Source of the DNA: Scyliorhinus canicula
Lineage: Eukaryota
Reading direction: 5' to 3'
Assembly (NCBI RefSeq): GCF_902713615.1
Contig: NC_052172.1
Location: 12,504,185 to 12,568,184, forward strand
Length of the DNA stretch: 64,000 nucleotides
Part shown: positions 59,301 through 64,000 of the stretch, one piece after another
Layout: each line of letters begins with the position of its first letter
Numbering within the stretch: the stretch's first letter is position 1
The notes under the pieces: generated by a model
What the model was told of the DNA's origin: nothing
Database searches by the model: none
Seen by the model: the letters and a program-made list of their open reading frames with translations, nothing else
Position numbers and translations under genes: made by a program

Positions 59301-61059
59301 GAGGGCAGTTAACTGTGGCTGGGTACCAGCTGCAGGGCACCTGCCAGACACCTGACGCAATCCACGACGCCAGGTTGGAGTGCGAGGGAGGGGAAAAGCA
59401 GGCAACGGCAGAGAGCGGATTGAACCCCACCTGCTCTGCACAGTCCTTGCAGCAGCAGATGGGCACTAGGACCCAGGAGGAGCCCTGCAGTCAGTGCCTC
59501 CGCCAGAACTGATACATTTGGTGAATGCCTGAATGAAGAGGTCTGTGTTTCAGAAAACTTTAACCGGGGAAGTCTTATTGCAGGGCTGGGCTGCTTCTCT
59601 TGTGTGTGCGAGGCAGATAATTTCTGATGGGGGTTTTATACGGCTGAAGGAGCTGATACCTTCCCATATTAAGCTCGCTGCCTGATCCATCACAGTTTCT
59701 CCTGGTAAGTTGCTTGCTGTGTGTTGCTGAACCGTCTCTTCCTCCATCCTCTCCATTCCTAATCAAAGTGGCGTGTAAAGGTGAACAGCTTGCACGTGTG
59801 GATGAACAGCACAGAAGAAGACCCTTCGGTCCATTGTGCGTATGCTGGCGAACAGGTATCCCTCCAGTCTAACCCCACTTCCCAGCTCCTGTCCACACCT
59901 TGTATAAGTTACGGTGCTTCAGGTGTATGCCCAACTATGTGGCCTCACGGTAGCATGGTGGTTAGCATCACAGCTCCAGGGTCCCAGGTTCGATTCCCAG
60001 CTGGGTCACTGTCTGTGTGGAGTCTGCACGTCCTCCCTGTGTGTGCGTGGGTTTCCTCCGGGTGCTCCGGTTTCCTCCCACAGTCCAAAGATGTGCGGGT
60101 TAGGTGGATTGGCCATGCTAAATTGCCTGTAGTGTAAGGTTAATGGGGGGATTGTTGGGTTACGTGGGTTTAAGTAGGGTGATCATTGCTCGGCACAACG
60201 TCGAGGGCCGAAGGGCCTGTTCTGTGCTGTACTGTTCTATGTTTTACAAATGTGACGACGGTTTCTGCCTCTAAGACCCTCTCAGGCAGTGAATTCTCCC
60301 TCCCTCCCCACCACTCCGAGTGGTTTCCCCCTCAAAGCCGCTCTAAACATTCTCCCTCTTATTCCTCAAGGGAGAAAAAAAACAATTTTGCATCTAAAAG
60401 TCAATTCAAATAATTCAACAGCAGGATCTAAACTGAGAGGAGAGAATTCTGCAGTTACACAGAGGGTTTGTTTGTGCCTGCGTGAGAGAGAGAGAGACAA
60501 CTGAGAGGTAGAGAGATAGAAAGAACATAGAACATAGAACAGTACAGCACAGGCCCTTCGGCCCACAATATTGTGCCGACCATTTATCCTAATCTAAGAT
60601 CAACCTAACCTACACCCCTTCAATTTACTGCTGTCCATCTGTCTGTCTAAGAGTCGAGAGAGAGAATGTAAAAGGCCTCTCTCATTTCCATCACTAGAAC
60701 CGTCTCATCCAAATCAGATTGCATAACTCCCCGTACAGCAGCTCGGCACGCTGGTTATTCTCTATTAATCCCCTCTTTCTATTCCACTCGCACTTTAATC
60801 TCTTTTCCAAATTCTCGTTTGTTACTCTCTCTCTTTACTCCTTCCCTCTGTTCCATCTCTTCCTTCGCTTTTTCAACTTGTATTTATTTCGCACCTTCAA
60901 TGTAAGAAAACATCACGAGTGGTTCACAGGAGCTTTATGAAACAAAACATGACACCGAAGCCCAAAAGACGCAGACGATCAAAGGATTGGTCAAAGAAGT
61001 AGGGTTTAAAGAGTGTCTGAAAAAGAGGTGGAAAGAGACGACACACCCCCGCCCCCGGG

Positions 61060-61998
61060 TTGCTGCTGCTGTCGGCCTGTTTCCCTACCGTTCTGCCAGG
61101 AAGTCCAGGAAAGGCTGCCACCGCCTGAAAAACCCTTGTACTGATCCTCTCAGGGCAAATTTCACCCTCTCCAATTTAATGAACCCCGCCATATCATTGA
61201 TCCAGGCCTCCACGCTTGGGGGCCTCGCATCCTTCCACTGAAGAAGAACCCTCCGCCGGGCTACTAGGGACGCAAAGGCCAGAACACCGGCCTCTTTCGC
61301 CTCCTGCACTCCCGGCTCCACCGCAACCCCAAAAATTGCGAGTCCCCACCCTGGCTCGACCCTGGATCCCACCACCCTCGACACCGTCCTTGCTACCCCC
61401 TTCCAAAATTCCCCCAACGCTGGGCACGCCCAAAACATATGGGCGTGGTTCGCTGGGCTCCCCGAGCACCTAGTACACCTGTCCTCGCCCCCAAAGAACC
61501 TACTCATCCTCGACCCAGTCATGTGGGCCCTATGCAGCACCTTGAACTGTCTGAGGCTAAGCCTCGCACAAGAAGAGGAGTTTACTCTTTCCAGAGCATC
61601 CGCCCACGTCCCCTCCTCAATCTCCTCACCCAGATCCTCTTCCCATTTACCCTTCAGCTCCTCCTCATCTACCTCCTGCATCACTTGGTACATGTCCGAA
61701 ATCCTCCCCCCTCCAACCCACACCCCCAAGAGCACCCTGTCCTGGACCCCACGTTAGGGCAACAGAGGGAACCCCGCCACCTGCCGCCTGGCAAATGCCC
61801 TTACCTGCATGTACCTAAAAATGTTCCCCGGGGGGAGCCCGAATTTCCCCTCTAACTCACCCAGGCTCGCAAACATGTCCCTCAACCTCCTAACACCTGC
61901 CCTGTGCCACCTCAGGAACCCGCCATCGATTCTCCCTGGAACAAACCGGTGGTTCCCCCGTATCGGGGACCCCATCGAGGCCCCCACCTCCCCCCTGC
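61060..61998 (-). mobile_element. L1-like LINE ORF2 C-terminal fragment, fairly young
   Basis: 216-aa ORF: KWEEDLG…SSCARLSLRQFKVLHR…CTRC…NHAHMFWAC…W. Confidence 0.85.
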
Positions 61999-63009
61999 TG
62001 TATTTTGTATGTGTATCTGTGTGTGTGTGGGCGGGTGACAATATCTGTCTGGCTGTGTGTGGGTGGGAGTAATTTATTTGCCGAACTATTTCAACGCTAT
62101 CTCTACCTGTCAACCACTGCAGTAAGGGGTCTCATTATTCACTACGGCACTCGCTCCAGCTTTGTTAAACTATTCACCCTCAGGGCAGCACGGCGCAGCG
62201 GTTAGCTCTGCAGTCTCACGGCGCTGAGGTCCCAGGTTTGATCCCGGCTCTGGGTCACTGTCCGTGTGGAGTTTGCACATTCTCCCCGTGTTTGCGTGGG
62301 TTTCACCCCCCCACAACCCAAAGGTGTGCAGGGTAGGTGGATTGGCTGCACTAAATTGCCCCTTAATTGGAAAAAAATTGAATTGCGTACTCTAAATTTA
62401 AAAAGAAAACTATTCACTCGCTTTGCACTTTTTGGCTGAATTAGTCACTGGTGATGTTGACGGGGGGGGGGGTTTATTTATTCTTTGATGGGGTGTGGGT
62501 ATCGGGCCTTGCTGGCACAGCCGGCATCTGATGACCATCCACAATGAACTGAGTGGTTTACTCGACCATTTCGGAGTCAACACGGGGCAGCAGGGTAGCA
62601 TGGTGGTTAGCATAAATGCTTCACAGCTCCAGGGTCCCAGGTTCGATTCCCGGCTGGGTCACTGTCTGTGTGGAGTCTGCACGTCCTCCCCCTGTGTGTG
62701 TGGGTTTCCTCCGGGTGCTCCGGTTTCCTCCCACAGTCCAAAGATGTGCGGGTTAGGTGGATTGGCCATGCTAAATTGCCCGTAGTGTCCTAATAAATGT
62801 AAGGTTAAGGGGGGGATTGTTGGGTTACGGGTATAGGGTGGATATGTGGGTTTGAGTAGGGTGATCATGGCTTGGCACAACATTGAGGGCCGAAGGGCCT
62901 GTTCTGTGCTGTACTGTTCTATGTTCTAACCCCATCACTGTGGGTCTGGAGTCACATGTAGGCCAGGCCGGGTAAGGACGGCAGATTTCCTTCCCTAAAG
63001 GGACTTCGC

Positions 63010-63650
63010 TGTGCGCATTCAGGATCCTGACCTTCCTGTTGCTTGCCATTTTAACAAAAGACCCTGCTCCCATGCCCACATGTCTGTCCTTGGCCTGCTG
63101 CAATGTTCCAGTGAAGCGCAACGCAAACTGGAGGAAGAACATCTCATCTTCCGGTTAGGCACGCTACAGCCTTCCAGCCTGAACATCAAATTCAACAACT
63201 TCAGATGATCAGCCTCACCTCGACCCATTTGTTTTCATTTCATTTTAACTGTCTTTTACCATTTCTTTCTTTCCTGCACCTTTCTCCTCTTTGCTTCCCC
63301 CTTCCCCTCTCCCCACACCTACAGTTCATCCTCTGATGTTAGTTTCTCTGCTGTTTGACCTTTCACATCTTTTGTGCTCTCTGGGGACTGCCATTAACAC
63401 TCTTTCCCCTTGGATTCTGTGGCCATTAGCACCCGGTTTCCCTGGGTTTCTGTGGCTATGACTCATCTTTCATTCTCACTCCACAGTATAAATATTTCCC
63501 ACTCTCTCTGTCTGTTAGCTTTGACAAAGAGTCGTCGGACTCGAAACGTCAGCTCTTTTCTCTCCCTACAGATGCTGCCAGACTTGCTGAGATTTTCCAG
63601 CATTTTCCCTTTCGTTTCAGATTCCAGCATCCGCAGTAATTTGCTTTTAT
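63010..63650 (+). mobile_element. Penelope-like element 3' end (GIY-YIG C-terminus plus pLTR)
   Basis: PVACHFN…RKLEEEHLIFRLGTLQPSSLN; hammerhead-like motif at 63517-63554. Confidence 0.8.
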
Positions 63651-64000
63651 TTATTACATTAGTGAACCAGATGGTTTTTTGCGACAATCAATGAGTTTTT
63701 ATGGTCATCGTTACTGAGACTAGCTTTCGATTCCAACGTCCAATCAGCTGTGCCAATTGAATTTGAACCAATGTACCTCGGACATTAGCCTTGTGCTTTC
63801 GCGCACATTATCGCTACATCACCGTCACCCCAAAATTCCACTAAATGGTGGCTGAGCTTCTATCTTGCTTCTATCCAACTGTCTTCCAGGGGGTTAGCAC
63901 TGCTGCCTCACAGCGTCAGGGACCCGAGTTCAATTCCGGCCTGGGCTCACTGTCTGTGTGGAGTCCGCACGTTCTCCCCGTGTCTGCGTGGGTTTCCTCC

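Larger units (their letters stand above)
1..64000. mobile_element. About 30 dispersed copies of tRNA-derived V-SINE (shark HE1-type) family
   Basis: Recurrent tRNA-like head (GGGCAGCACGGTAGCAnnGTGGTTAGCAC...GGTTCGATTCC, A/B boxes) plus conserved core GTGGGTTTCCTCCGGGTGCTCCGGTTTCCTCCCACA...GTGGATTGGCCATGCTAAATTGCCC. Approximate copies: 1327-1560+, 1578-1890+, 2256-2605-, 4880-5190-, 14638-14850+, 21170-21401-, 27895-28203-, 28430-28740+, 30609-30953+, 31924-32262+, 32587-32932-, 36469-37040+, 37284-37600+, 48670-49002-, 50058-50350-, 52826-53175-, 54620-54945-, 57145-57385+, 58888-59180+, 59945-60243+, 62182-62405+, 62584-62927+, 63890-64000+. Confidence 0.9.

Noticed and set aside
53940-59760. 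Scattered unique ORFs of 60-135 aa as exons of a gene opposite B9D2 (e.g. TMEM91-like)
   Set aside because: No recognisable domain or consistent exon phase; cannot be supported.

Overview
Eukaryotic (vertebrate) genomic DNA, almost certainly a cartilaginous fish. The V-SINE/HE1-type SINEs and CR1 LINEs suggest a shark, possibly a catshark; this is inference from repeat content. Most of the window is transposon-derived. One host gene is securely identified: the ciliary transition-zone gene B9D2 (minus strand, three coding exons, 175 aa), with a candidate CCAAT/GC-box/RFX X-box promoter near 25.3 kb. A 3.7-kb, 33-bp minisatellite (5.7-9.4 kb) carries a possibly constrained Gln/Glu-rich ORF. The most interesting element is a very young, full-length 9.85-kb LTR retroelement on the minus strand (38035-47885). 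It has apparently identical 952-bp LTRs, a 4-bp TSD, a perfect tRNA-Arg(UCU) primer-binding site and a coiled-coil Gag joined in frame to Pol through a UGA-CGG stop. Its RT is spumavirus/lokiretrovirus-like with two RNase H domains. It has no env. In the env position it carries a predicted spliced ~117-aa type I membrane protein with FAST-fusogen-like architecture. Also present: a decayed Gypsy element, solo LTRs, L1/Tx1, RTE, Rex1, CR1 and Penelope fragments (with hammerhead-like motifs) and MITEs. All calls were made by eye without database searches; boundaries of decayed repeats are approximate.
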